A DNA stretch of 64,000 nucleotides from an uncultured bacterium (lineage in GTDB: Bacteria > Actinomycetota > Acidimicrobiia > Spongiisociales > ZC4RG35), in contig CAWGTX010000010.1 in the NCBI GenBank assembly GCA_963825585.1, positions 298,554-362,553 on the forward strand, in the 5' to 3' direction. The position numbers and the translations under genes were made by a program. The stretch's first letter is position 1; the number at the start of each line of letters is the position of its first letter. The notes below the pieces were generated by a model. It did no database searches. It saw only the letters and a program-made list of their open reading frames with translations, and was not told the origin of the DNA. Shown one piece after another: positions 18,925 to 28,747 of this stretch.

Positions 18925-20901
18925 ATGGATCGCCTCATCGAGATCAGGGTGCATGGCGTGTCGGGCACCCCGCCGGCGGACATGCTGACGGGACCGGTCG
19001 AGCGAGTCGAGGGCATCCCTGGCGATGTGTGGAAGCGTTCGGACCGTGACGACGGGGTTCGGGCCGTGCGATGGTCGAACCTGACCTCGGGTTCGCCGGT
19101 GTCGGCATTGTGGCTGACGCTGATCCCCTACATGCTGTTGAACCTGGCCGGGTGGGCGTTCCCACCGGCCGGAAAGTGGCGACATCGTGCCGCCTTGGTG
19201 ACGATCCGAGTCGCCGGACTGGCTCTCACCATGATATTCAGCACCGTCACGGCGGTCGGCTTCATCGGGGTCGGCGGCTACCAGGTGCTCCGGGGGTCGG
19301 TCGGCACGGGGTGGTCGTTGGTCCTCGGGGCGGTCGCCTCGCTGGCCGTCGTGTTGGGTCTGTGGCTGGCGTCATCCACCGTCGGTGACGACGCCGCGGC
19401 CGACAGGGTGTATCTGCGCTCGCTCCACGTGGCGGTGGCGATGTGGGCGGTGTGGTGGACGCTCGTGGTCGCCGCCCGCGAGGCCTACGTTCGAGCCGGT
19501 GACGTGTCGGCTACCGGCGGGATCCGCTCGGCGTGGCCGATTCCGGTGATCGCCGGCGCGGTGATCGTGGTCGTGGGTCTGATCGAAGGGCTCGAGCGCT
19601 TCGCCCGGCCGATCGGGATCGGTTTGGCGGTCACCTCGGGCATCCTGCTGCTCGCCGACTCGGTGGCCGTGCTCACGGCGCCAGGCGTCGGCAACCCTCA
19701 ACCGGACCGGTTGCGCGAGATCGACAACCCACTCACCGCCATGGTCCAGTGGTACGCCGCTCTCGCCTTGACCGCGATGGTGCTGTCGGTGTCCCGCAGG
19801 CACCGGGAGGCCGGGCCCACCATCGGCACCTTCATGGCTCTGGCCGGGTCGACCGGAGCCAGCGTCGGTGCCGCCATCATCTGGCTGTCGGCCAAGGCCA
19901 CCGGAGCGGAGCCACCGGGCGGGATCGCCCCGATAGCAGAGGCCTTCCTCACCGGGACGTCGATGGTGCTGGCAGTGGTCGCCGTGGTGGTGCTGTGGGC
20001 GGCTCGACCCGGCGAGCCCGTTCTCCGTGGAATCTACGAGTCGGCGGTCCGGGCACGCAACGGCATCCTGCCGGTGCTCGTCGCAGTGCCCTCGGTCACC
20101 GGAGCGGTGCTGGTGATGACCGTCGCAGGTCTCCAACTCGACGGGCGAGCGCCGGCCGTGTTCGGCGACATCGCCACCATCTCCGGCACCGTGTTCGGAC
20201 TCTCGATCGCAGCAGCGCTGGTGCGGCTCCACCTCCGTGGCCCGGGCGCCGCCGTGGCCGCCGCGGTAGTGGTCGTGTGGGTGGCCGTGACCGCCGGGTT
20301 GGTCGACGTCGACTTCACCACCATCTCGGTGCTGCTCACGCTCACGATCCCACTCGCACTGGTCGCCACCCGTGTCGTCGGCGCCCTGCGCGATCGCGAC
20401 AAGCGCCGGTCGGTGGCGGTGGCGTGGGACATCGGCTCCTACTTCGCCCGGCGCTTCCATCCCTTCGCTCCCCCCACGTACCGCGATCGGGCGATCGCCG
20501 ACCTGGAGGCGGCGGTCGAGCACTTCCGTGCCGAGGGAAACCGGGTGCTGATCGGAGCGCACAGCCAGGGCACGGTCGTGTGCGCCGCCGCCATCTCCGA
20601 GGCCGAGAACACGATGGCGACCGGTTTCCTCACCTACGGGAGCCCGCTCGGCTCGCTGTACGCCAGGTTCTTCCCCCGCTACTTCACCGACGACTACCTC
20701 ACGGGCATCGGAGTGAAGGTCCCGGGCGGGTGGATCAACCTCTGGCGACCCACCGATCCGATCTCCGGCCCGCTCGCTCCCGGCCCCGACGATCGGGAGA
20801 TCGAGGACACCAGGGTGCGCGGCCACGCCGGCTATTGGCGGGCAGACGAAGCCGAGTTCTCCAGGGCGATCGACGAACTCGAGGCCCGAATCGAGCACTG
20901 A
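18925..20901 (+). CDS. polytopic membrane protein with split lipase-like alpha/beta-hydrolase elements (N-terminal HG oxyanion motif, C-terminal GAHSQG/Asp/His)
   Basis: MDRLIEIRVHGVSGTPP…, then ~13 hydrophobic helices, then …NRVLIGAHSQGTVVCAAA…TYGSPLGS…RPTDPISGP…RGHAGYW…; RBS GGAGAGAGGTGG before ATG 18925. Confidence 0.75.
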   Translation: MDRLIEIRVHGVSGTPPADMLTGPVERVEGIPGDVWKRSDRDDGVRAVRWSNLTSGSPVSALWLTLIPYMLLNLAGWAFPPAGKWRHRAALVTIRVAGLALTMIFSTVTAVGFIGVGGYQVLRGSVGTGWSLVLGAVASLAVVLGLWLASSTVGDDAAADRVYLRSLHVAVAMWAVWWTLVVAAREAYVRAGDVSATGGIRSAWPIPVIAGAVIVVVGLIEGLERFARPIGIGLAVTSGILLLADSVAVLTAPGVGNPQPDRLREIDNPLTAMVQWYAALALTAMVLSVSRRHREAGPTIGTFMALAGSTGASVGAAIIWLSAKATGAEPPGGIAPIAEAFLTGTSMVLAVVAVVVLWAARPGEPVLRGIYESAVRARNGILPVLVAVPSVTGAVLVMTVAGLQLDGRAPAVFGDIATISGTVFGLSIAAALVRLHLRGPGAAVAAAVVVVWVAVTAGLVDVDFTTISVLLTLTIPLALVATRVVGALRDRDKRRSVAVAWDIGSYFARRFHPFAPPTYRDRAIADLEAAVEHFRAEGNRVLIGAHSQGTVVCAAAISEAENTMATGFLTYGSPLGSLYARFFPRYFTDDYLTGIGVKVPGGWINLWRPTDPISGPLAPGPDDREIEDTRVRGHAGYWRADEAEFSRAIDELEARIEH

Positions 20902-20981
20902 CCGCCCCAGATCGGCCAATCGGAGCCAAAATCGACCGTCAGAGTGTCGATTTCGTCCCCAATTGGTGGTTTGGGGTCCTC

Positions 20982-21452
20982 ATGGCACCCACGCCGGTAC
21001 CGTTCGGCCCCATGAACTACCCGGTGACCTACCGCCGCAAGGTGCGCTTCTCGGACTCGGACTCCCAGGGCATCGTCTTCAACGCCAACTACCTGGTCTA
21101 CATCGACGACACCATCGCCGATTACTTCGACAACCTGGCTTTCGACTGGAAGGAGATGAACGCCCGCGGCTGTGACCTGGTCCTGGGCCGGGCGGAGCTC
21201 GACTACCGCACGCCGGGGCGGATGGGCGAGACCCTGTTGGTAGGAGCCAGGGTGGCGTCGATCGGCACGTCGTCGGTCGTGTTCCAGCTCACCATCTGGG
21301 AAGAGGAAACCGAGCGGGTGGTGGTCGAGGCAAAGGAGATCCAGGTGATGGTGGACGCCGTCAGTTTCGAGCCCAAGCCGGTTCCCGAGTGGTTCGTGGC
21401 GGCGATCGACGAGCTCCAGGGCGAGGCGGTCGAGTGGAAGGGTCGGCCATGA
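20982..21452 (+). CDS. acyl-CoA thioesterase, 4HBT/YbgC hotdog family
   Basis: …RFSDSDSQGIVFNANYLVYIDDTIADYF… is the hotdog thioesterase signature. It appears only as the tail of a junk track ORF starting at 19533; the real ATG is at 20982. Confidence 0.8.
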   Translation: MAPTPVPFGPMNYPVTYRRKVRFSDSDSQGIVFNANYLVYIDDTIADYFDNLAFDWKEMNARGCDLVLGRAELDYRTPGRMGETLLVGARVASIGTSSVVFQLTIWEEETERVVVEAKEIQVMVDAVSFEPKPVPEWFVAAIDELQGEAVEWKGRP

Positions 21453-22123
21453 CCCGACCTGAGGTCATCTTCTTCGACGTCAACGAGACACTGCTCGACC
21501 TGAGCCCGTTGAAGCCCCGATTCGCCGAGGTGTTCGGTGATGACGCCGTCATCGGCGAGTGGATCGTGCGCATGCTCCACGGCTCGCTCGTCGCAAACCA
21601 CGTCAACAACCATCGACCGTTCGGGCTGATCGGAGCCGAAGCGCTGATGGTGCTGGCACAGCGACGTGGTATCGCCGTGGAGCCGGAACGTGCGGCCGAA
21701 ATCGTGGAGTCCATGCGAGGTCTCCCGGCGCATCCCGAGGTGGCGGCTGCACTCGACCGTCTCGTGACGGCAGGGTTCCGACTCGTGGCCCTCACCAACT
21801 CTTCGAGCGATGCCGTGGAAGCGCAGCTCACCAGTGCCGGCATCGCAGATCGGTTCGAGCGGGCCATCTCGGTGGACTCGGTGGGGCGGTTCAAGCCATC
21901 ACCAGACGTCTATCTGCATGCCGCCATGCAGGCGAACGTCGACATCGACCGGGCGATGCTGGTGGCTGCCCACGACTGGGACATCATCGGCGCCCGCAGC
22001 GTCGGTATGCCTGGCGCCTTCCTGGCACGCCCGGGGGTCGTGTGGGGCCTGCCCGACAACCCCCCGAACATCGTCTCGGGCGATCTGGAAGGCGCCGCAA
22101 CCCAGATCCTCTCGCTGGAATGA
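21449..22123 (+). CDS. HAD-superfamily hydrolase (haloacid dehalogenase type II-like)
   Basis: Motif I FFDVNETLLDL, motif II …LVALTNSS…, …GRFKPSPDVY…; its ATG overlaps the thioesterase stop as ATGA. Confidence 0.85.
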   Translation: MTRPEVIFFDVNETLLDLSPLKPRFAEVFGDDAVIGEWIVRMLHGSLVANHVNNHRPFGLIGAEALMVLAQRRGIAVEPERAAEIVESMRGLPAHPEVAAALDRLVTAGFRLVALTNSSSDAVEAQLTSAGIADRFERAISVDSVGRFKPSPDVYLHAAMQANVDIDRAMLVAAHDWDIIGARSVGMPGAFLARPGVVWGLPDNPPNIVSGDLEGAATQILSLE

Positions 22124-22151
22124 GCCGGCCCGAGGTAGGGTTTGTTGAGCC

Positions 22152-22550
22152 ATGAGCCGCTTCGATTCGCTCCTGGATGCAGCCGATACCTCCATCGCAG
22201 TGGTCGGCGCCACGGATGACCCAAACAAGTACGGCGGTATCGCCTACCGCCAGCTCAAAGCGATGGGATACACAGTGTTCGCCGTGAATCCCGGTCGCTC
22301 CACGGTGGACGGCGACCCTGCATTTCCCGATCTGGCAGCTCTCCCGGATGCTCCGGACATCGTCAACTTCGTCGTTCCCGCCCACATCGGTGCCCGGGTA
22401 GCCGACGAGGCGATCGCCCTCGGCCTCACGAACCTGTGGTTCCAACCTGGCGCCGAATCGCCATCACTGACCAAGCGCATGGAACTTGCCGGTGCCGATG
22501 TCCTCACCGATGCGTGCATCATGGTCAGGGCCCGTTGGGCCCGGAGCTGA
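22152..22550 (+). CDS. CoA-binding domain protein (YccU-like)
   Basis: …IAVVGATDDPNKYGGIAYRQLKAMGYTVFAVNP… is a Rossmann-like CoA-binding fold; 132 aa. Confidence 0.8.
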   Translation: MSRFDSLLDAADTSIAVVGATDDPNKYGGIAYRQLKAMGYTVFAVNPGRSTVDGDPAFPDLAALPDAPDIVNFVVPAHIGARVADEAIALGLTNLWFQPGAESPSLTKRMELAGADVLTDACIMVRARWARS

Positions 22551-22559
22551 GTAGCCGGC

Positions 22560-22760
22560 TCAACCGAAGCGGTACAGCTCGATCTGCCCATCCAGCGTGG
22601 TACGGACGAGGACCGAGTCGTCGACCCACCAGTCCCCGAATGACGGGTTCATGCCCGGGGGGGATTGTCCCGATCGCGGCGCCGTCGGCCGCCGAGACGA
22701 ACGTGACGATGCCCGCGTCGTAGGAGAAGAAGACCGAGCCTCCTGCGCCGGCCGACCGTG
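22560..22760 (-). pseudogene. decayed or frameshifted gene remnant; frame break at a G7 homopolymer (22664-22670)
   Basis: Two minus-strand frames each read protein-like only on one side of the G7 run: …SAGAGGSVFFSYDAGIVTFVSAADGAAIGTIPPG on one side and MNPSFGDWWVDDSVLVRTTLDGQIELYRFG* on the other. Upstream of these the sequence is low-complexity. Confidence 0.3.
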
Positions 22761-22974
22761 CATCACGTCGCCGTCGATGGCGACAACTGGAGGTGCGCAG
22801 TGCACCCGGTTCCGGTTGGCCCGGGTGGGCTGGAACGTCGATCGCGTTGGAGTCCGAGCACTTCGATGATCCTGTTCGACGCCATCAGCCCTCGATCCTG
22901 GCTCGGCTGGCTTCGAACACGCTCGGTTCGGGAGTGCCTGGCCGGAGGCCCGACCCGAGCCATACTGTCGTCCG

Positions 22975-24816
22975 ATGACAGGAGACCACCCACCGAACGA
23001 CGGCGTCCGCAATGGGCAGCCAATACCGGGTCACGCCGATGTCATCCTCGTCCCTCTGGCCAACCCTGACACCGCCGGCGTACTGCTCTCGGTAGCGGCC
23101 GCACTGGCAGCAGTGGAACATGGTCGGGTCATCGGCCTGGTGGTGACGATCGGCGAAGCGGTCGCCGAGAAGGACAGGGCACACAACCTCGAGATCGAGC
23201 AGATCCTGACAGCGACGGTGGCGTCGACCGGGGTCGAGATGGAGTTCCTCGTGCGGGAGGCGCCCAACGTCGCCCGTGGCATCCTCGATACCGCGCTCGA
23301 GGTCGGGGCCGACCTGCTGCTGCTTGGCGCCGCCCGAACCAACCGAGGCCACGTTGTGCTCGGCACCGTGGTCGATTCCGTCCTGGCAACCGCACAGTGC
23401 GACGCCGTTGTGCTTCGCACTCCTCGATCCGGGGAGGTGGGTTCAGCAGCAAGGATCGTGGTGCCCGTCGACGGCAGCGAACAGTCACGGGCTGCGGCCC
23501 AACTCGGGGTGATTCTGGGCACCGCCTTCTCCGTGCCGGTCGACGTGATGCATGTTCAGGCGAGCGGTCTCCCCCGCGCCTTCGGGCTCGGCGAGGTCGA
23601 GCTCTCTCTGGAAGGGGTCGACGGCGGCGACCACGCCATCAGGACGGTCGTGAACGCTGCGACCGCCGCCTCGGGCATCCTGGGGCACACCACCGAATCG
23701 GACCTCGTGGTGATGGGAGCGTCGAGCAGGAACCAGGTTGCCCAGTGGCTGTTCGGAAACACCTCGCTCACCGTGCTCGAGGAGGCGCCGGGAGCTGTGC
23801 TCGTGGTGTCCAGATCGAACGGCGTCGCCGGGTTGAGCGGACGCCTCCGTCAACGGCTTCGTCGGTTCCGACCGGAGCTCACCGGAATGGAACAGGACAC
23901 CGTGGTGTGGCAGGCGCAGAGTTCTGCCGGGCTGAGCATCGACTTCCTCGTGCTCATCACAGTGGCGGCGCTCCTCGCATCGTTCGGGTTGCTCCAGAAC
24001 AGCGCAGCCGTGATCATCGGCGCCATGCTGGTGGCCCCACTCCTCGGCCCCCTCACGGCGTTCTCGGTAGGGATGGTCACGGCTCGCCTGGCGCTGGTCC
24101 GTCGATCCCTCGGCACGATCGCCGTCGGCGCCGGGATAGCGGCGATGTGGGGCTTCATCGTCGGCTGGGCCTCTCCGATCGTCACCCCAACCACCGAGCT
24201 GCTGGCGAGAACCCGGCCGTCTCTGTTCGATGGAGGTGTCGCCCTCGCCGCCGGGGTCGTGGGTGCCTACGCGGCCGCCCGCAAGGACATCCCCGCCGCT
24301 CTCGCCGGGGTTGCGATCGCTGCCGCCCTGGTGCCTCCCATATGCACGGTGGGGCTGGGCATCGCCGCCGGTGACCTCGAGATAGCCCGCGGGGCGTTGC
24401 TCCTGTTCGTCACGAACGTCGTCTCGGTAGCGGTGGTGGGTTCGTTGGTGTTCCGGTGGTTCGGGATGCGTCCAACCCACCAGGACCACCGGCAACGATG
24501 GCAGTACGTCTCGGCGGTGATGCTGGCCGCCGTTGCGCTTCCGGCGGTGTTCCTCCTGTTGAGAGCCGCCCAGGAGGAGTCCGTGCAGCTGGTCGTGGCG
24601 GACGACCTCGAGATGCTGTTCGCCGGAGCGGAGGTGACGGATCTGACGATCGCCGAAGGCGAGATTCTGTCCGTGGCAGCCGTGATCCGCACACCCGAGG
24701 ACATCACGATCGAGCAGGTGGCCCAGGCCGAGCAGCTTCTCGGGGCAGCGGTCGACCGACCACTCGTGTTGGAGGTGGTGGTGGAACGGGTGCTTCGCGC
24801 CACTCCCACGGATTGA
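22975..24816 (+). CDS. tandem universal stress protein (2x UspA) fused to a DUF389-type polytopic membrane domain
   Basis: Two USP-like modules (…VILVPLANPDTAG…, …RIVVPVDGSEQS…GASSRNQVAQWLFGNTSLTVLEEAPGAVLVV) followed by ~8 TM helices. Confidence 0.75.
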   Translation: MTGDHPPNDGVRNGQPIPGHADVILVPLANPDTAGVLLSVAAALAAVEHGRVIGLVVTIGEAVAEKDRAHNLEIEQILTATVASTGVEMEFLVREAPNVARGILDTALEVGADLLLLGAARTNRGHVVLGTVVDSVLATAQCDAVVLRTPRSGEVGSAARIVVPVDGSEQSRAAAQLGVILGTAFSVPVDVMHVQASGLPRAFGLGEVELSLEGVDGGDHAIRTVVNAATAASGILGHTTESDLVVMGASSRNQVAQWLFGNTSLTVLEEAPGAVLVVSRSNGVAGLSGRLRQRLRRFRPELTGMEQDTVVWQAQSSAGLSIDFLVLITVAALLASFGLLQNSAAVIIGAMLVAPLLGPLTAFSVGMVTARLALVRRSLGTIAVGAGIAAMWGFIVGWASPIVTPTTELLARTRPSLFDGGVALAAGVVGAYAAARKDIPAALAGVAIAAALVPPICTVGLGIAAGDLEIARGALLLFVTNVVSVAVVGSLVFRWFGMRPTHQDHRQRWQYVSAVMLAAVALPAVFLLLRAAQEESVQLVVADDLEMLFAGAEVTDLTIAEGEILSVAAVIRTPEDITIEQVAQAEQLLGAAVDRPLVLEVVVERVLRATPTD

Positions 24817-24845
24817 CCCGGGGCAATCGAGCGTCCTCAGGACCT

Positions 24846-25034
24846 CTACGGCTCGCGGAAGCGGCGCCACCCATCGGCCATGAGCCAAACGCTGGGCGGG
24901 AGGTAGGCGGCCACGAGGACCAGTCGCAACGGTCCGGCGGCGCTCGCGGATCGGGCGATCCACCACATCCCCACCACCAGCTGCGCAAGGGCCAGTACGG
25001 CTGTGACCAGCCACCACTCACGACGGGCCTGCAC
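24846..25034 (-). CDS. possible small 2-TM membrane protein (62 aa)
   Basis: MQARREWWLVTAVLALAQLVVGMWWIARSASAAGPLRLVLVAAYLPPSVWLMADGWRRFREP; the evidence is composition only. Confidence 0.25.
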   Translation of the reverse strand: MQARREWWLVTAVLALAQLVVGMWWIARSASAAGPLRLVLVAAYLPPSVWLMADGWRRFREP

Positions 25035-25163
25035 GTCGAGCGATCAGTTCGGGTCGCCAGGTTCCGCAGGCTGGTGGCATCGTCGAACCGTTTACGTGTC
25101 ACCCTGTCGGTCGATGCGCTTTCCGATCGAGCAGACCGATCAGCGGCCCGATCGTGGCGGCCC

Positions 25164-25349
25164 TCAGCCCTCGAGCGGGGAACGTTCACCGATCACGCGT
25201 GCGAACAGGCTGTTGATGTCGGATCGGTCTCGTCGGCTGAAGCGAAGTTCGTCACGGATCCGGGCCGCGATGTCACCGAGCACAAGGCCGAACCGGGCGG
25301 TGGCGGCGGCCATCCCGATCGCGGTTGCTGCTCCGAGTACTTCGACCAT
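25164..25349 (-). CDS. possible small protein (61 aa)
   Basis: MVEVLGAATAIGMAAATARFGLVLGDIAARIRDELRFSRRDRSDINSLFARVIGERSPLEG; speculative ORF in a 650-bp gap. Confidence 0.2.
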   Translation of the reverse strand: MVEVLGAATAIGMAAATARFGLVLGDIAARIRDELRFSRRDRSDINSLFARVIGERSPLEG

Positions 25350-25670
25350 GTGACTCCATCGACCACCGATGCCTCGTTCTGAAGATATCCGCGCTCGGGC
25401 GCTAGGTGCCGTGTCCTGCAACGTTCGCCTGGTTGTGGGTCGGCGCCGCACGTGTCGTGTGGGCGTGTTCCATATGGTGCTTCGCCGTCTTCGATGTTCC
25501 GGCCGACCTGTTGGGCGCCGCTGGGAGGCGGGGCGGGGCGTGAGGGCACGGTCGGCCAGGCTGTGGCCAGAAAACGAACGGATGGACGGTCACGACCTGA
25601 CCCTCGCAAACGTTTCTGGTCACAGCACTGGTCGCGGCGCCGGCCCGACCGATTTGATACGGTCCAGGTC

Positions 25671-26192
25671 ATGCTCGAACCGTCACCAGAGACCTACCGT
25701 TCTGTCCTCGGTCTGCGGACCGTGCGCCGATTCCGCCCCGACCCGCTCTCGGAGGAGGACCTCAGCGCCATCCTCGAGGCGGGTCGCTGGACTGGGAGCG
25801 CCAAGAACCATCAGCCGTGGATGTTCCTGGTGATCCGGGACCGGGATCAGCTCGAGCGCCTGTCCGAATGCGGCGACTTCTCCCAGCCGCTCCGGGCGGC
25901 GGCGGCTGCGATCGTCCCGATCCGCACCCCGGTGGGCTACGACTGGGATCTCGGTCGGTTGTCGCAGAACATGATGCTGGCGGCCGCCGCCCGCGGCGTC
26001 GGGTCCTGCCCGATCACGCTGCACCGAGAGGAGTGCGGGCGTGAAGTACTCGGAGTGCCCGATGATCACGGCTGCAAGTTCGTGGTCGCCCTCGGCTATC
26101 CCGACGACGAGAAAGAAGCGGAGGGCCGCGCCAAATCCCCGCTGAGCGGGCGCAAGCCGATGGACGAACTCGTCAGGTACGAGCGGTTCTGA
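25671..26192 (+). CDS. nitroreductase-family protein
   Basis: …TVRRFRPDPLSEEDLSAILEAGRWTGSAKNHQPWMFLVI… is the nitroreductase fold; ATG at 25671. The track ORF start at 25452 is an upstream extension. Confidence 0.8.
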   Translation: MLEPSPETYRSVLGLRTVRRFRPDPLSEEDLSAILEAGRWTGSAKNHQPWMFLVIRDRDQLERLSECGDFSQPLRAAAAAIVPIRTPVGYDWDLGRLSQNMMLAAAARGVGSCPITLHREECGREVLGVPDDHGCKFVVALGYPDDEKEAEGRAKSPLSGRKPMDELVRYERF

Positions 26193-26219
26193 GTCGGAAG
26201 CGGTCGACAGGTCTCCCGG

Positions 26220-27731
26220 TCAACCGGACGGTTGGGAGTGTGCGCCCCGGCTTGGCGGTGCAAACAGGACGACGGTCACGGCCACGCCGGCAGCCACCGC
26301 CAGCCACTGCAGCCAGTTGCCGAGCCGGGCGAACAGTGTGGGCCCGGCGGTTCGGAGCTGCACCTCACCAGTGAGGATCTCGCTGGTGGCGAGACCTGTC
26401 ACCGCCCCGAACTGGCCGGAGTCGGTGATGATCGTGGAGCGGCCCACGACACCGGCGTGCACGACGTCGGTGCCGAGCTCGGCCGACCGCATCCGGGTCA
26501 TGCCGATGAGCTGGTCGGAGGCAACCGAATACGGGTAACTGCCCTGATTGGTGGCGACCACCAGCAGCTCGGCACCGGCGACCACTTCATCGCGACTGAA
26601 GCGGGCGAAGGAGCCCTCCCACGACACCACCGACCCGAGCGTCCCGAAGTGGAGGTCGAAGACGACCGGCCCGTCGCCGGGCACCATGTCGCGCGGTACT
26701 GCCGCCAGCGCCGGGATCCAGTCGAAGAACGGCCGGCCGGGTATGTACTCGCCGAAGGGGACGGGGAGACGCTTGCGGTACTCGCCCACGATGTCGCCGG
26801 ACCGGTCGAACACGACATTGGCATTGAGCCACTCGGCATCATTGATGGGTCGGTCACCCCCAGCGAGCAGGGCGGCGTCGATCCGAGCGGCCTCCGCCCC
26901 CATCGCCTCACCCACCTCGGGGATGAGGACCGGGTCGGCGGAGAAACCACCGCTCGAGCCCTCGGCCCACACCACCAGATCGGCCGAGCCCTCAGGCAAC
27001 GACCGGGTGAGATCCAGGTGTGTTTGCCAGGTACGGAGCCGTTCGTCGACACACTTGGAACCAGGGCAGGGGGTGGAGCCCTGGACGATGGCGACCTGCA
27101 CGGTGGGTCCGTCGGCCGTAGCCGGCCGCACCGCCCCCGCCGCCATCAGCAGCATCACCACGCCAGACGTGACGGCGAGGATCGTGCTGCGCCGCTCACT
27201 CACCGCCACCACCAACCCGGCGGCGAGCAGTGCCACCAGCACCGACCAGCCCGTCGTGCCTATCCACTGGGTGGCATCACGGGTGAGGGCGTACTCGCCC
27301 ATCGGGTATCCGACGAACCCCCACTCGAACCCGCCGAACGGGAAACGCCCCCGCACCGCCTCGAAGGCCGCCCACCCCCCGACCACACCAAGCGCCCAGC
27401 GCAGCGCCGGCAGGTCCCGCACCCGCCACGCCCACCAACCGAACAAACAGGCGTACCCCGACTGCAGGAACCACAACGGCATGAACGCCTCGAGACCCAA
27501 CTCGGCGAGCCAGGGAAACAGCATCCCGAAGAACGCCAGCCCGAACACCCCGGCCGACCCGATCGCCACCCGGAGGGATGGAGCCGTTCGCAGCACCCAC
27601 AACAACACCGCCAGGCACGGCACGGTGAGATAGGCCTGCCCGTAGGGCGGGAACGCCGCCACCAGGACGAGCCCGGCCACCCCGGAGACAAGGAGGGAAC
27701 GCACGGGAGGATTGTCGCAGAGCCACAGCAT
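26220..27731 (-). CDS. lnt: apolipoprotein N-acyltransferase
   Basis: N-terminal 6-7 TM helices plus a CN-hydrolase domain (…VVWAEGSSGGF…GEYRKRLPVPFGEYIP…); 503 aa. Confidence 0.85.
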   Translation of the reverse strand: MLWLCDNPPVRSLLVSGVAGLVLVAAFPPYGQAYLTVPCLAVLLWVLRTAPSLRVAIGSAGVFGLAFFGMLFPWLAELGLEAFMPLWFLQSGYACLFGWWAWRVRDLPALRWALGVVGGWAAFEAVRGRFPFGGFEWGFVGYPMGEYALTRDATQWIGTTGWSVLVALLAAGLVVAVSERRSTILAVTSGVVMLLMAAGAVRPATADGPTVQVAIVQGSTPCPGSKCVDERLRTWQTHLDLTRSLPEGSADLVVWAEGSSGGFSADPVLIPEVGEAMGAEAARIDAALLAGGDRPINDAEWLNANVVFDRSGDIVGEYRKRLPVPFGEYIPGRPFFDWIPALAAVPRDMVPGDGPVVFDLHFGTLGSVVSWEGSFARFSRDEVVAGAELLVVATNQGSYPYSVASDQLIGMTRMRSAELGTDVVHAGVVGRSTIITDSGQFGAVTGLATSEILTGEVQLRTAGPTLFARLGNWLQWLAVAAGVAVTVVLFAPPSRGAHSQPSG

Positions 27732-27746
27732 TCAGGGGCTTGACGG

Positions 27747-27779
27747 GTCAACAGGCCAACAGGTCGACAGGTCGACAGG
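27747..27779. repeat. tandem octamers GTCAACAGG-CCAACAGG-TCGACAGG-TCGACAGG in the 50-bp gap between two minus-strand genes
   Basis: Direct reading; same YCRACAGG family as at 18741 and 62460. Confidence 0.85.
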
Positions 27780-27781
27780 TC

Positions 27782-28747
27782 TCAGACGGGCAGGCCCACT
27801 TCGAGGACGACACCGGTGGCAGACGCCTCCGTGGGGAGCGCACAGGCCGGCACGATGGCCGTCTCACCCGCCTCGATTGCGAGGTCACCGATACCGAGCG
27901 AGCCGGTCATGACCAGCAGCACCCTCGGCCCGGGGGCGCCGTCGAGGTGGATCCGTCCCTCGGTTCGGTGCTCGCGGATCCAGTAGTGATCGTTGGCACA
28001 CAACAGTCGAACGCCGCGGCTGGTGGCGGGTGCCACGCTGAAGGCGTCGGAGGGATGGAGGCGGATGCTCTCCATCGACTCGACGGGATGCAACTGGCGG
28101 GGAGCCCGGCCGTATTCGACCGCCCAGTCGTAGATGCGGAACGTGGTGTCACTCGGGGTCTGGACTTCCGCCACCATCACCCCGGCGCCGAGGGCGTGAA
28201 TGAGCCCGGCTGGTACGTGGTGGAAGCTGCCCGGGACCCCAGGCCGACGGTCGAGCAGTGGGACCACCGCCTGGCTCCCGAGCGAATCCGCCACAGCGGA
28301 GGCGTCGACGCCGTCGATCACGTCCAGATACAACCCCGCCCCCGCCTCGGTGTCCATCACGTACCAGGACTCGGTCTTCAAACGCGCCTGCGGATGTGCC
28401 CGCACGTAGTCGGCGTGCGGATGGACCTGTACCGACAGGTCCTCACGAGCATCGAGCAGCTTGACCAGAAGCGGGAACCGGCCGTCGGCAGTGGGCTGGA
28501 CCGGGCCCAGTAGATCATCGCTCGATGCGATGAGATCCGAAAGGGCCGCCCCGGCGTGTGGACCGGCGGCAACGCGGGATCGAGGATCGGCGACGGCGGG
28601 CGCCACCTCGTCGGGCAGATCGGCGACCTCCCAGCTCTCACCGATCCAGACGCCTTCGGCCAGGGTCTTGCCGTAGCCCGCCAGACGACGCCCACCCCAA
28701 GGCCGCTCCACCAGCACCGGATCCAGCTTGAACGGTCGAAGCTCCAT
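27782..28747 (-). CDS. mannose-6-phosphate isomerase, class I (cupin)
   Basis: MELRPFKLDPVLVERPWGG… and …LSVQVHPHADY… are type I PMI motifs. Confidence 0.8.
   Translation of the reverse strand: MELRPFKLDPVLVERPWGGRRLAGYGKTLAEGVWIGESWEVADLPDEVAPAVADPRSRVAAGPHAGAALSDLIASSDDLLGPVQPTADGRFPLLVKLLDAREDLSVQVHPHADYVRAHPQARLKTESWYVMDTEAGAGLYLDVIDGVDASAVADSLGSQAVVPLLDRRPGVPGSFHHVPAGLIHALGAGVMVAEVQTPSDTTFRIYDWAVEYGRAPRQLHPVESMESIRLHPSDAFSVAPATSRGVRLLCANDHYWIREHRTEGRIHLDGAPGPRVLLVMTGSLGIGDLAIEAGETAIVPACALPTEASATGVVLEVGLPV

Noticed and set aside
23485-25017. 510-aa minus-strand ORF; similar artefacts at 2472..3986-, 19372..20919-, 19533..21452+ (N-terminal 480 aa), 44552..46774+, 59365..61311+, 15759..16829+
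   Set aside because: All are antisense or off-frame readings of convincing genes, have Arg/Gly/Pro-dominated composition and no recognisable domains. This is a typical GC-rich spurious-ORF signature.
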